NCBI GenBank assembly: GCA_040285825.1
Contig: JAUPSS010000001.1
Span: 3,410,001 to 3,474,000, forward strand
Length of the DNA: 64,000 bases
Direction of reading: 5' to 3'
From: Eukaryota sp. TZLM1-RC
Taxonomy: Eukaryota > Protista > Metamonada: BaSk clade
The number at the start of each line of letters is the position of its first letter. Position 1 is the first letter of the stretch. The position numbers and the translations under genes are program-made. The notes beneath the pieces were generated by a model, which made no database searches, was not told where the DNA came from, and worked only from the letters and a program-made list of their open reading frames with translations. Of the stretch, positions 24,246-37,090 are shown piece by piece.

Positions 24246-24272
24246 AAAACCAACAGAAAGAAATTAATTTGA

Positions 24273-25724
24273 ATGCCTGCCACAAACGAGCTCACCTTTG
24301 CTCTCATCAGAGAGTTTTTGTCTCGTAACAGTTACACCGAAACCTTGTCCACTTTTCAAGATGAAGCAGCTACTTCTTCCAAAATAACACGGTCTCAACT
24401 CATCAAAAATCTTGGTCTTACTAAGTTATACGTAAAGAATAAACAGAAACCTCAACCTCTCCCCTCTCTCCTTCAGTGTCTTGTGGAAAATCTTGCCGAG
24501 AAGCATTCTGAGGTTACACCTGACTCCACCTCTCATCCAGTTGAAGTTTTAGGTGATGAGAGGATACGTCGTTTAAGCAAACCCCGACCTCCGTCAGCCG
24601 GTTTTCGTAATCAAAGTTCCAGGCAGAAGAAGAAAGTTAAAGCCAAATGCGAAGACGTTGTTGTTGAAGACCTTAGTTCTGTTCTAACTGTAACTCCATC
24701 AAATATCCAATCAAATATCCAATCAACACAACCCATCAACAATCATTTTGATACCCCTTTCGCATTGTCACTTTCTCTTACTGAAATTGATGGACTTACC
24801 AATGCTATCTTTGGCTCTCGTCCTGCATTTCTTTCTGAGTCTTGGTTCCAGGGTATTAAAAGGGTAAAAGATTTTGATCCAAATTTTAGTACAAATTACA
24901 GCAATCTTTCTGATTATTTATTGTATCAGGATGAAGGTGGTCCATGTGGAGTAATTTCTATTTTTCAAGGTTTCATTATTAATTTGATTAATACCAAAGA
25001 TTGTTCTTTGAATGTTTTTCCCACAGTATTTGCTGGTATTATTTACAATTGTGCTGTTAAAAAAGATGAATTAATTTTAATTTCAGTCAAATCAGAGCCC
25101 GATCCCCAACTTCGCAGGGTACTTCAAGGTTCTAAGAAACTGGTTTTCTCTTCAATTAGTGAGATGACTCAACATTTACAATCGCATTGGGAAACATTTG
25201 CCACCTACGCAGGGTATCTTTCCCTTCTCCTCTCTTGCGTTATCTCTCATGGATGCGAGGCAGTGATTGAAGAAGGGGGGCCAGGGAGAACTTCGTTGAT
25301 TACCAAATATGGATACTGTGCTCAAGAGATGATAAACCTCATGCTCACTGGAGTTGCATCAGGGCAGGTCTTTGACAACGTCAGAGATGTAGGTGGTGAG
25401 GAAATGAGAGGTGTGGAAACATGTCCCATTCTGGGGTTCCTTACTGTTTTCGAATACCACAACTATGTGGAAGTTGGTTCTTTTTACAAAAACCCTCAAA
25501 GTCCTATCTGGGTAATAATGGCAGAGAATCACTACTCGGTCTTTTGGAAGCATGGTGGAGATTATCTCTATTGGGACCCTCTTGGTCGTTTGAGCAATGT
25601 TGTCACTTGTCATGTTGACAAGTTAGTTGATCCCTTCTTTGACCCTCATGATGTTCCCCCCATTGAGTTAGCATTGAGGACGTTGTTTAAAGAACATTCG
25701 TTCACTTGGGATGGCTTGATGTAG
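24273..25724 (+). CDS. MINDY4: MINDY-family deubiquitinase, MINDY4/FAM188B-like
   Basis: N-terminal L.REFLSR motif, catalytic Q..GGPCG, GYCAQE..NL.LTG.A, P..PIWV....HYSV. Confidence 0.85.
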   Translation: MPATNELTFALIREFLSRNSYTETLSTFQDEAATSSKITRSQLIKNLGLTKLYVKNKQKPQPLPSLLQCLVENLAEKHSEVTPDSTSHPVEVLGDERIRRLSKPRPPSAGFRNQSSRQKKKVKAKCEDVVVEDLSSVLTVTPSNIQSNIQSTQPINNHFDTPFALSLSLTEIDGLTNAIFGSRPAFLSESWFQGIKRVKDFDPNFSTNYSNLSDYLLYQDEGGPCGVISIFQGFIINLINTKDCSLNVFPTVFAGIIYNCAVKKDELILISVKSEPDPQLRRVLQGSKKLVFSSISEMTQHLQSHWETFATYAGYLSLLLSCVISHGCEAVIEEGGPGRTSLITKYGYCAQEMINLMLTGVASGQVFDNVRDVGGEEMRGVETCPILGFLTVFEYHNYVEVGSFYKNPQSPIWVIMAENHYSVFWKHGGDYLYWDPLGRLSNVVTCHVDKLVDPFFDPHDVPPIELALRTLFKEHSFTWDGLM

Positions 25725-27524
25725 GGGTCAATAGAGTAAATTGTCTTTAAAGTGCACTCAAAATTGAGTTTTTTAACTAGATTCTGTTGTAATTCATTTT
25801 GAATCTATTTTGTTATTTTTAGTTTATCTTGAGTATTCTAATATTATTGAATACTTTTTCAGCAGTGTCGTGAATCTTAATTTTTACAAAACAATAACAA
25901 ATTCCATAATTAATAGATTTTTGATCATAAAAACTTTGTAAAACCAAGTATTAAACAACCAAGTAGTATTTCCAAAATGGTAACCATGTTTTTCTTGTTT
26001 GGTTATTTACAATTCAAAATTTTTACTAATCCTCAAGAGTGTCTAGTATTCAATATCCTCCAAACAAGCATCACCATTACTAAACCTACCAATATCATTT
26101 CGCTCATTTTCTACACCAATAGCTAAAAGAGCTACATAAATATGAGGAATTTGAGTAATTAAACACGAAGATGAACTGTTTTGAGCATCTAACAAAAAAT
26201 TTCCGATAGCGGGATTATCTTTTTTAACCGAGCCAAGACGAACATTAAAATCCAAGCCTTCAAAAATTATTGTTAATTTTTGTTGAAATTTTTTAACACA
26301 ATACCTCAAATAATTATTAATGACGTCAACGTCCCCTTTGTCAATTCCGATTAGTCTGGTTTTCGCTTTTTGGGTTGTTATCTCGAAAATATTGATGATG
26401 TCAAAAGCCAACTTTCGAATTTGTTGACTCGATTTGGAAATAAATTAGAATCAGTTCAAAATTTAAGTATTGAAAAACATTTGACATTCATTTTTCAAAA
26501 AGTTTGTTATTCTGGAAAGTTTACTCATATTTTGACATCAACACCACTTATCAATTTCTTTCGAATTTTGTCGAATTTTTAATGAACAAAGAACCAATTT
26601 TTTCAGCAAAATTATTAGAAATTGATGCATCTCAATTACGAAGTCACATTTTTGTGGTACAGATTTTGGTGCTGTTGAACATTTTTTAATTTATAACTTT
26701 CAAAAAACTAAACACAAAAATTAAAATCCTAAATCTTTATATTTTAGATTGTAGTTTTAAAAATAAATAAAATTACTAAAAAATTATAGGTTTTTAATGA
26801 AATTGCTTATATGGATGAAATTTCAATAATTGGTCCAATTGATTCATTGAGAACAATTGCTAGAATTGTTCAACAGCGCTATTATGAGATTGGTCTTTCT
26901 CTAAATATTTTCAAATGTTTATTGATTGGTAGGGAGCCTGCTGAATTTGTTTTGATGATCAAATTGTATCTTTTATCAACTATTTTGATTCAGGATTTTT
27001 GTTTTTAGGTTGTTTTTTAGGCAATTTTTGATGAAATTTGAAATCAACTTTCTTCTCTTATGGAAAATTTTGAAGAGGAACTGACTGTTCCTTCAGATTT
27101 AGATATTGGAAAAACATCTTAAATTTTTCTTTCTCAGAATTTGTTATTCAGGGGAATTTACTCATATTTTGCGTTCAACCTCACCATTTATATCTCTCGA
27201 ATTTTGCAGATTTTTCAATGAATTAAGAACACAATTGTTGGCTAATTTGCTTGACATTGATTCTTCTTTTTTACGTAGTCATATTTTTTTTTAAAAAAAA
27301 ACTGGAATATTTATTGAGATACAAATGACCACCTAGAATTCAATATCCTCCAAACAAGCGTCACTATTACTGAACCTACTCACAGCATTACGTTCATATT
27401 CTACACCAATAGCTAAAAGTGCCTTTGAAATCATTGTTGGAATAGACTTGAAAATGCAAAAAACCATACCATTAAATACCATTAAGTAGAAGGCCATAAA
27501 TGTTGGGAATTTGGGAGATTCATC

Positions 27525-30500
27525 ATTGTACCAGAAAAAAAACACAAAAACCACCATTACGTTCCTTACGTTCTGTTGCGCGTTCTATAAACAACTCCGT
27601 TTCTCGAAATTTGTTTTCTCCAGCTGAAACTCGAAAAAGTCAAAAGTCTATTTCTACTTGTCACTCACAAATTGACAAAATAGAAATAACAGAAAAAATA
27701 AAACCTTTACCATTAAAAGGTTCTAAAAAATGTTCGATTTGTGGTATCAGTGGTCATAATTCGAGAACGTGCCCTGAAAAACAAAAAAGAGAAATCGAAT
27801 TAAAATCTGCTCAACAAATTCTCGAATGTTCTGTTCCAGCTGATGCTGTTGAGAAATGTGCTGAAAATAATGTTTCTGACGATCAACATTTAAATGCTTC
27901 TAGTGCTCATTCTTCTTCCCCTTCTGAAAACAGTAATTTTTGTTGTCCATTTTGCAAAAAAGATGTTGCAGATTCAAAAAAATTTGAAAATTTTTAAAAA
28001 AGATTTTTTGCCTTTGTGTGATGCCCCTGATATTACGCCTGAAAAAGTGCAAAAAAGAAGACATACCTGTTCCAAATGTGGCAAGGTTGGTCATAACATT
28101 AGAAAATGTCCTGATGTTATTACCGAAAAAATGAGACTGAAAACCAATATTTCTATTGTTAATAGTTTGCAAACGCCATCCGAACTGATTCTTCCTCCTG
28201 TTCCCAATGTTTCTGCTGATGATGTTAATTATGATTTAAATATTGATCAAACTCATTTACTAAAAACTGTTGCTCCTGATCCTACGGATAATGTCTTGAA
28301 ACTCAATTGTCCTTTTTGCAAAAAGAATGAAAAAATGAGACTGAAAACCATTATTTCTATTGTTAATAGTGTGCAAACACCATCCGAACTGATTCCTCCT
28401 GTTCCCAATGTTTCTGCTGATGATGTTAATTATGATTTAAATATTGATCAAACTCATTTACCAAAAACTGTTGCTCCTGATCCTACGGATAATGTCTTGA
28501 AACTTAATTGTCCTTTTTGCAAAAAGTTCCTCTCTAATTCTTCTAATGGTCGCCCTCTGTTGTTTTGTTTTGACTGTCAAACAAGTGATTCTCTTCGTGC
28601 ACCTGTTCAAATTCCTGTAGAGGTGAGTCCTGACAGTTCTGTTCCTATGTCAATGGAAATGCGTTCTTTTTCTTCGCAATTGGAATTGAACAAATGGAAC
28701 ATAACAAGATTTTGGAAATTCTTTGCCAAAAAGAATAAGAAAAAAATTAATGACAAACCAAAACAGAGAAAAGCTAATTCATCTTTTCAAGCAAGAAAAT
28801 TGTTTTTGAGAGGTAGATATGGAAGCGGATTAAAAAATATTTTTTCGGGAAAACTGACTGATAACAATCTTGAAACTGTTGAAAAATTAAAATCCCTCCA
28901 TCCAACTGAAAATTTTTGCCCCAGTAAGCCTTCTGTTTGTCAATATTGGCTCGAAAATCCATTTCAGGCTCAAGAAGTATTGAATGCCGTTGCTAAATTA
29001 CCAAAAGGAAAAGCTGCTGGTCCTTCAGGCATTTCCTTTGATTTGTTGAAAACTGCCTGTAAAAATGCTCCTGAAATTTGTGAGGATCTTGCTTCCTATT
29101 TTCAAAATTTAATGTGTTTGAATTATGTTCCTCCGCATGAATTGACTGCTGCCCGTTTAGTTGCTTTAGTTAAACCTGGTAAAGGTGACAAACCTGATGG
29201 AGTTAGACCAATTGCTATTGGAGAGTCATTAACCAGATTGCTTTCTTCACTTATTTTTAACAGAATTTCTACTAAAGCAAGGGACTATTTGAAGCCTTTC
29301 CAATTTGGTACAAAAACTGTTGAAGGTGCTTCTGTTGCTTCAATGACTTCAGATGTTTTTTTCAATAGTCAACAACATCAATATAATTTCAATTTGGATT
29401 TCAAAAATGCTTTCAATTTTGTGAAACGTAATTGTATTTTTGATGTGCTTCTTCATGATTTTCCTGAACTTACTGCATATTTTTATTTATTTTATGGAAA
29501 AAAATCAGACTTAATTTTCGACTCCTTTACCCTTGAATCTTCTTCTGGTGTGAAACAAGGTGATCCTCTTGGCCCTTTGCTGTTTTGTTTGGCTATTCAT
29601 AATATTATTAAAATGACACAACAAGATTTCCCTGATTTGCGTATTGTTGCCTATATGGATGACATTTCTATTATTGGTTCTTTTGAAAGCATTTCTAGGG
29701 TTTCTGAAGACATTGCGGCGAAATACAAAGAAATTGGTTTAGCTTTGACCCCATCTAAATGTCTCTTGATTGGTAGAGAAAAACAATCTTTGATGATTGG
29801 TGGAGCTCGGATTCCTTTTATCAATTATGACCAACAAGCTTTTAAGTTTCTTGGATGTTGGCTTGGCAATTTGGATGAAATTTATTCCCAGTTAAACAAT
29901 TTATTGGAGAAGTTTGACAAGGATCTTAGTTTTATTGCTGAATGTGACATTGAGAAACACATCAAATTTTTTATTTTAAAAATTTGTTATTCTGGAAAAT
30001 TCACTCATATTTTAAGGTCAACTCCCCCGTCGGTATCTCTCAATTTTTGCAGATCTTTTAACAAACTTCGAGTCAAATTTTTTTCTTCTTTATTAGAAGT
30101 AAATGAATCTTGAATTCGAAGTCATGTATTTTGTTCAGCAGATTTGGGTGGAATTGGATTCACCAAATCTTCGATTCTGTGTAAAGCAGCATTTTTGGGA
30201 GGTGGTAAAAATTTTGTTTTTGAATTTTTCCAAAGGTTCCCTTTTGATGTTCATCTGATCAATGGTGAATCAAATTTTTACTTGAATCAACTGCAATTTG
30301 AATTAGAAAATTTGCCTAGTGATATCTGGATTCAGTGTTTTCCTCAAAAATGTTCAAGAAATTCCCACTCGATCACTTCCAAATTTACGTTTTTGCTTGA
30401 AAAAGCTTCAGCACCATCTGGTTAAATTATATGAAGGCTTGAATTATGAAGTAAGACTTGGCTTGGCCAAAACTAAAGATCCCGCTTTCGGTAATTTTTT

Positions 30501-31283
30501 AAAGGATATTCGTGATAGTTCAGCTGCTGCTTTAGTAACTCAAGTTCCCTCTGTTTATGGACTTTTGTTAAAAGACAATGAATGGCTTCTAAACATGCGT
30601 TTTCGTTGTTTTCTGTGGCCAAACAATTTGCCCAATCATTTAACTTGTAAATGTGGTAAACCTCTTTTGTTTACTCATCTTTTGAACTGTAAACATTTCA
30701 TTACGTTTAGAAGCAAAGTGCATAATAACGTCAGGGACCAAATTTATGTAATGTGCAAATCATATCGTGTAGATTCCTTTTTAGAACCGCTGTTATCAAA
30801 ATTAATTCTTGATGATCCCAATATTGATAGTACGCGTTACAACAGAGCTTCTATGGGTCTGACTAGAGGTGATCTAGTTGTTCCTGGTTTAAATGGTAGT
30901 TTTACTATTTTGGACGCCATGTCTATTGACCCTTGTAATTCCTCTAACGAACATTTCATTAACTCGGATGTAATTAATCCTCTTCTTGCAGGCGAAAAAT
31001 ATAAAATTGCTAAATATGCGAAACCCATTTCCTCGGTTAATGAAAATTCTCATGCCCAATATAATTTATATTTAATTTAATTTTAATTTATTTTCAAAAC
31101 CACAGTCTAAAAGTCAATATCTAATATAATTTATGTCCATTTGTTTTTTCTTTGCTTGGATCTCTAGGTAAGGCTGCTATGGCTTTCCTTGAGGATTTTG
31201 TTGTAGTTGTAAAGGAAAGAACTGGAAGAATTTTCAATCGTGTTTACTGGCAAAACAGGATTGTATTTTCTATTTTTAAGGGA
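27525..31283 (+). mobile_element. Chimeric LINE: family A-like 5' region fused to family B body
   Basis: CSICGISGHNSRTC region (27500-27997) joins B at a TCAAA microhomology (~27975). B ORF 27894-30113 is followed by 30144-31283; the 3' end is replaced by family C. Confidence 0.85.
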
Positions 31284-31284
31284 A

Positions 31285-32835
31285 TTTTTTTTAATTTAAT
31301 TTTAATTTATTTTCAAAACCACAGTCTAAAAGTCAATATCTTCAAAACAAGCTTCCACACCATCAAACCTTACAGCAGCAATGTTTTCATAATGTGCACT
31401 GACAGACATTAAAGCTTTCGAAATCATTTTAGGAATTGATTTGAAAATAGTAAAAACAATACGATTTAACCACAAGCGACGATCAAAACGCTTATTCATT
31501 CTTTTTTTCACAAGATTTTCAAAATTATCAATAAAATTCAAAGCAGTTTTTCCAAGACGACCATACAACGATATAGCAAATGGGCAAATTTGGTAATCTA
31601 CATGGCGAACATGTTTCAATTCTTTTAAAGGATTTGCATACTTTTTCCGTTTGTACAATTCGGAGTCATCAAGGGGGGATACTTCGGATGGAGCATTTTT
31701 CAAGGCATTTTTCTTGCAAACATCCACTGTTACGACATCAACAACATTCATGACATCATCAAACGAGGGCACAACAACATCAGCACGTCGTTTTCCATAT
31801 TCTGAATCTCTTACGCTTTCATTTATATCAAGAGACCTCAACAAAGGTTCTACAAAAGATTCAATATGATAGCAATTACACATTGCATGGATTTGATCTC
31901 TGACTGCATCATGCAACGTAGAACGATAGGAAATATATCTATTACAATTAAATAAATGTGATAATGTCAAACCAGCTCCACATTTACAAAACAAATCATT
32001 GGGCAAATTACAAGGCCATAAATAACAACGCATTCTCATAGCAGTGGTCCATTGGTCGTCATTCAAAAATAGACCATAAATCTGGGAATTTGATTTATCA
32101 AAACTGCAGATGAACTGTCCTTCAAATCAATCAAAAAATTGGCAAAAGCAGGATTTTCTTGCTTAGCCGTGCTAAGTCGAACAATAAAATCCTTGTTTTC
32201 AAAATTTTTCAAGAGATGTCGTTGGAGCTTTTTCAACGCAAATTTTAATGAATATAAACTTCTGTCTGGAATTTCTTGAATGGATATGGGGAAACATGAT
32301 TGCCATAAGTCGGGAGATAAACTGGATATTTCTTCTCTTAAGTTATCCAGGAATATGCTATTTGTATTTTCAAGAAGATTTTCGGCAAAAGGATATCTTC
32401 TAGAGAATTCAAATACAAAATTTTTCCACCACCAATAAATGCAGCTTTGGTCAAATATTTTGATGAATTGAATCCAACACCGCCAAGTTGAACATCAGAA
32501 AAAATATGATTTTTCAAAATTGATGGATCAACAGACATTAAATAAGCCAAAAATTGGGTACGTATTTTGTTAAATTGTCTACAAAAATTGTAAGTTAGGG
32601 ATGGAGGTAATGATCGCAGTAAATGAGTAATTTTTCCAGCATAACAAATTTTCAAAAGAAAAAACTTAAGATGTTTTTCCAATTCAAGAGTCTTTATGAC
32701 TTCTAGCTCTTTTTTAATTGAATTTAAATAATTTTCAAGGCTGTCAAGTGTCTTTTCGGCGGAACCTAAATAGCAACCCAGAAAGCAGAAACTAGTTGAA
32801 GTATAATCAATATATGGAACTTCGAGGGAATTAAT
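31285..32835 (-). mobile_element. 5'-truncated family C LINE
   Basis: ORFs 31326-32066 and 32338-32682; C-terminus ACFEDIDF; A-rich tail at ~31285-31300. Confidence 0.9.
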
Positions 32836-33452
32836 TATCTAAAAGATCTGCAAAAATTGAGAGATACGGATGGGGGAGTTGACCTTAAAATATGAGTGAA
32901 TTTTCCAGAATAACAAATTTTTAAAATAAAAAATTTGATGTGTTTCTCAATGTCACATTCAGCAATAAAACTAAGATCCTTGTCAAACTTCTCCAATAAA
33001 TTGTTTAACTGGGAATAAATTTCATCCAAATTGCCAAGCCAACATCCAAGAAACTTAAAAGCTTGTTGGTCATAATTGATAAAAGGAATCTGAGCTCCAC
33101 CAATCATCAAAGATTGATTTTCTCTACCAATCAAGAGACATTTAGATGGGTTCAAAGCTAAACCAATTTCTTTGTATTTCGCCGCAATGTCTTCAGAAAC
33201 CCTGGAAATGCTTTCAAAAGAACCAATAATAGAAATGTCATCCATATAGGCAACAATACGCAAATCAGGGAAATCTTGTTGTGTCATTTTAATAATATTA
33301 TGAATAGCCAAACAAAACAGCAAAGGGCCAAGAGGATCACCTTGTTTCACACCAGAAGAAGATTCAAGGGTAAAGGAGTCAAAAATTAAGTCTGATTTTT
33401 TTCCATAAAATAAATAAAAATATGCAGAAAGTTCAGGAAAATCATGAAGAAG

Positions 33453-35036
33453 CACATATAAAGGAACGAAATCTCATATTCAGAGTCCAAGCAGAATCGG
33501 ATAAGAGAGTACCATAAACTTGTGGAATTGTTGTTACTAAGGCAGAAGAAGTACTGTCACACATATCTTGTAAAAGATTTGCAAAAGCGGGATTCTTTTT
33601 CTTGGCCAAGCCAAGTCTAACATCAAAAACCAAGCTTTCAAAAATCTTTGACAATTTTTGTTGAAGCTTTTTACAGCAAAACTGCAAATTAAACAGAGAT
33701 CGGTTTGGAATTTCTTGAATTGATTGAGGAAAACATTTGGTCCAAATTTGTGGCGGTAATTTTTCAAGTTCACAAGATAACTCATACAAATAGGGACTAC
33801 AATTGGGGACTAACAGATGAGAATCATCAGGAAATCTACGAGAAAATTCATAAATAAAATTTTTGCCACCACCCAAGAATGCTGATTGACACAAAATTGA
33901 AGATTTAGTAAAACCAATACCACCCAAATTTGCTGAAGAAAATAAATGGCTTTTCAACATTCCTGGTTCTACATCCAATAAATCAGCAAAAAATTCTGTT
34001 CTCAATGAATTCAATGAACGACAAAAATCTAATGCTATGGAAGGAGCACAAGATCTCAAAATGTGGGTTATTCTCCCAGTGTAGCAAATTTTAAGCATGA
34101 AAAATTTAATATGCTTTTCTATATCTAAAGAAGAAATTGAATCAAGTTCAATTTTCATTTTTTCAAAATAACTTGCAATTCATTCTGAATTTGAGGCACA
34201 TTTCCTAACCAACAACCAAGGAACTTAAAAGCATCACTACTATAATTAGTAAAAGGGACAATAGAATCGTTTATCACAAGATCTTGAGCAGAAGAGCCAA
34301 TCAGAAGGCATTTGCTCGCATTAAGATATAGCCCAATATTTTCATATGAATCGGCAATTTCTTGAGCAACCAATTCTAGTAAATCAAATGAACCAATCAA
34401 GGATGTATCATACATATAAGCAACTATTTTTATAGAAGGGTATTTTTGCTTAATGATATTTAAAGTTTTGTGAATAGCTAAACAAAACAATAACGGGCCT
34501 AAAGGTTCACCTTGCTTCACACCAGAAGATGATTTAAGACCAAATGAATTAAAAATTAAATCTGATTCTTTCCCATAAAAATGGTAGAAAAAACTTGATA
34601 GCTCAGGAAAATCAGATTTAATAACTTCAAAAATTGCTTCTCACTTTACAGAATTAAAAGCATTTTTAAAGTCGAGATTAAAAATAAAATTATTTTCCTC
34701 TGCATTAAAAAAGGTATCAGAGGCAATAGCAGCAACAGAAGCACCATCAATTTTTTTGATTCCAAATTGATGAGGATTCAAAAATGTAGAGGCTTTGTCT
34801 TCGACGCGATCGAAGACAATTGATGCCAGCAAACAAGAAAGAGATTCACCAACAGCAATTGGGCGTATTCCATCAGGTTTGATTCCGTTTCCAGGCTTTA
34901 CTAAAGCAATCAGACGTGCAGCAAGTAATTCAAATGGAGGATTTATTTTCAAAACAATTAATTGTTGAAAATAGTGGGCTAGATCATCAGCAATTTCGGG
35001 AGCACTGGAACACGCTATTTTTAAGAGATCAAAATT
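33453..35036 (-). mobile_element. Family A LINE internal segment (RT)
   Basis: ORFs 33442-34158, 34155-34520 and 34641-35039; degenerate catalytic motif AYMYD. Confidence 0.9.
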
Positions 35037-36286
35037 CACTTGAAATGTCTACTTTCTTCAAGCATTATTCAAACTTATTCCAAGAACTTTCATTCTTGGT
35101 GAGATCGTCCACAGACGTTCTAGAATCCTCGAATAATTGGCCACCAATCTCAGTGAGCCCATTTCTCCTATAGAACAATATGTAGCTTTGAAGCTAGTTT
35201 CTTTGTGGTCTCTGAAACGCTTCTGGTCTTGTTCCATAGTAGCGCTCACTAATTACAATTTCTAGTTGATTAAGTGATGCAGAAATGTCTCTAGACCAAA
35301 CTTGATTACATTCCGGACAACTGAAATAGGCGTTGTGAACTTTAACTTCACCATCAACTTCTCGATAGATCTTTTGGTGTAGCATCTTGCAGCAGTTCAT
35401 CTTTGCAGATGTCGTATATTCATCTCTGATCTTCACATTAGCAAATGAACGTTGTAACCACTTGAGAAACGCCTTGCGTGGAGTTTTCACTTTTTGACGT
35501 GATGGACCACCACCTCCATTGCCAAACCACACCTTTACTTCTCGACCGTTTGCAAATTTTTTCACTTTGTTGATAATTGAGCTGAATCTTTTCTTTTTTT
35601 TAAAATTTAATTTTATTCTAAACCTATAAATCAACATCTAAAAAATCCATCTCTCCCAAAACAAAAACACTAGATGCAACTCTCTCATAGTGAGATCCAA
35701 GAGAAAGCAAAGCATCAGAAACCATCTTCAACATCCCCTTAAAAATAGAAAACACTATTCTATTTTGCCAAAACAATCTGTTGAAATTTCTGCCAGTTCT
35801 TCTCTTCACAATCATTTCAAAATCATCCAAAAAACGTAAAGCAGTTGGTGCAAGTGAACCAAAAAGGGAAAATACAAATGGATACAAATTGTATTTTGCA
35901 TGCTGTAGACTGGCCAATTTGGACAAAGGTTCATTGTATTTTTTGAATTTAAAATTTTCAGCATTTGAAAGGGGATTATGAATTTCAGAATTAACAAGCC
36001 TTTCATTTGAGGCATTACAAGGATCAACAGACATTACATCCAATAAAATAAAGCTTCCATAAAGCTGAATCTTTTCTGTTTTCTTATAAAGAAGTCAAAT
36101 GTGTTTTTCCTCAATGCTTTTCAAGCACTCAGATATAATTGCTGTTTTAGCAATGATCGTCTTACGTTATTACCTTCATAGTCCTTATAGTCACCGATAG
36201 TTGATATTTCAAGCAGATAATGGTTCAGTTTCTGCACGTCATAAACATCTATTGATGAGTGGGTCAGTGGAGTGGAGTGATTGATT
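35037..36286 (-). pseudogene. 5'-truncated Fanzor family-1 copy with omega-RNA region, interrupted by a LINE
   Basis: 35194-35594 and 36063-36286 match 23480-24088; 35037-35193 matches 24089-24247. Confidence 0.93.
35595..36062 (-). mobile_element. 5'-truncated family A LINE inserted into Fanzor, with 15-bp TSD
   Basis: AGCTGAATCTTTTCT at 35580-35594 and 36063-36077; A-tail at the 3' end. Confidence 0.92.
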
Positions 36287-36289
36287 GGA

Positions 36290-37090
36290 GCTACCTTTGT
36301 AAAGCTGCCTTTATTGGAGGTGGAAAGAATTTTATTTATGAATTTGTGAATCGTTTTCCTGAAAAAATTCATCTTATTGAAAATTGTGGCAGCTCTTATC
36401 TTATTTCTTTGCAACAGGAATTTGAAACTCTTTCACCCAATATTTGGGCTAAATGTTTCCCCTCTGATATTTGTTACGCTTTCCCATATTTTAAACTGTA
36501 AGTATTTTATAACTTGTCGCTCAATTGTTCATGACTCAGTTCGTGATCAATTATATGCCATGTGCAAAAGTTTCAATATAGAGGCATTTATTGAGCCACT
36601 AATACGTAAGCTGTTTTCAGATCAAACTGATGATTCCTTTGGTAAAAGAAGGGCAGATTGAGTAGCTCCAGGGATCGATGGTGTTCTCAATGTTGTGGAT
36701 GTTGTCTGGGTTGATGTTTGCAAAAATTCTGCTACTCGATTAGTGTATTCCGCTGATTCTTCGTTATCTAACGCCGAAAAAAGAAGATAAAAAAATATGA
36801 AGAACCTTTGGCACAGTTAGGTAGAGTGGAACATGTGAAATATCAGTTTGTGCCGTTTGCAATTTCTCTTTTTGGCAATATTGGACCTTCAGGGTTGCAC
36901 TTTTTGTAAAATTTTAAAAAAGTGTTACTGAATAGGTCTGGTAAAACAATGAACTCCACTTTCTGGTTAAATAGAATTGTTTTTTGCATTTTCAAGTCTA
37001 TTCCTACAATGATTTCAAAGGCACTTTTAGCTATCGGTGTAGAATATGAACGTAATGCTGTCAGTAGGTTCAGTAATAGTGACGCTTGTT
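36290..37090 (+). mobile_element. Family E LINE fragment with internal deletion
   Basis: Inverse match to 53230-54350. Confidence 0.85.

Noticed and set aside
24225-24247. Fanzor guides targeting the LINE RT (GACATTTC / CATTTCTGT near YMDD codons)
   Set aside because: Only 8-9-nt matches in AT-rich DNA; expected by chance.
27900-28172. Recurrent antisense ORFs in LINEs (e.g. MQTINNRNIG..., MYNSESSRG..., MGFAYLAIL...)
   Set aside because: Shadow frames repeated only because the elements are near-identical; no independent motifs.
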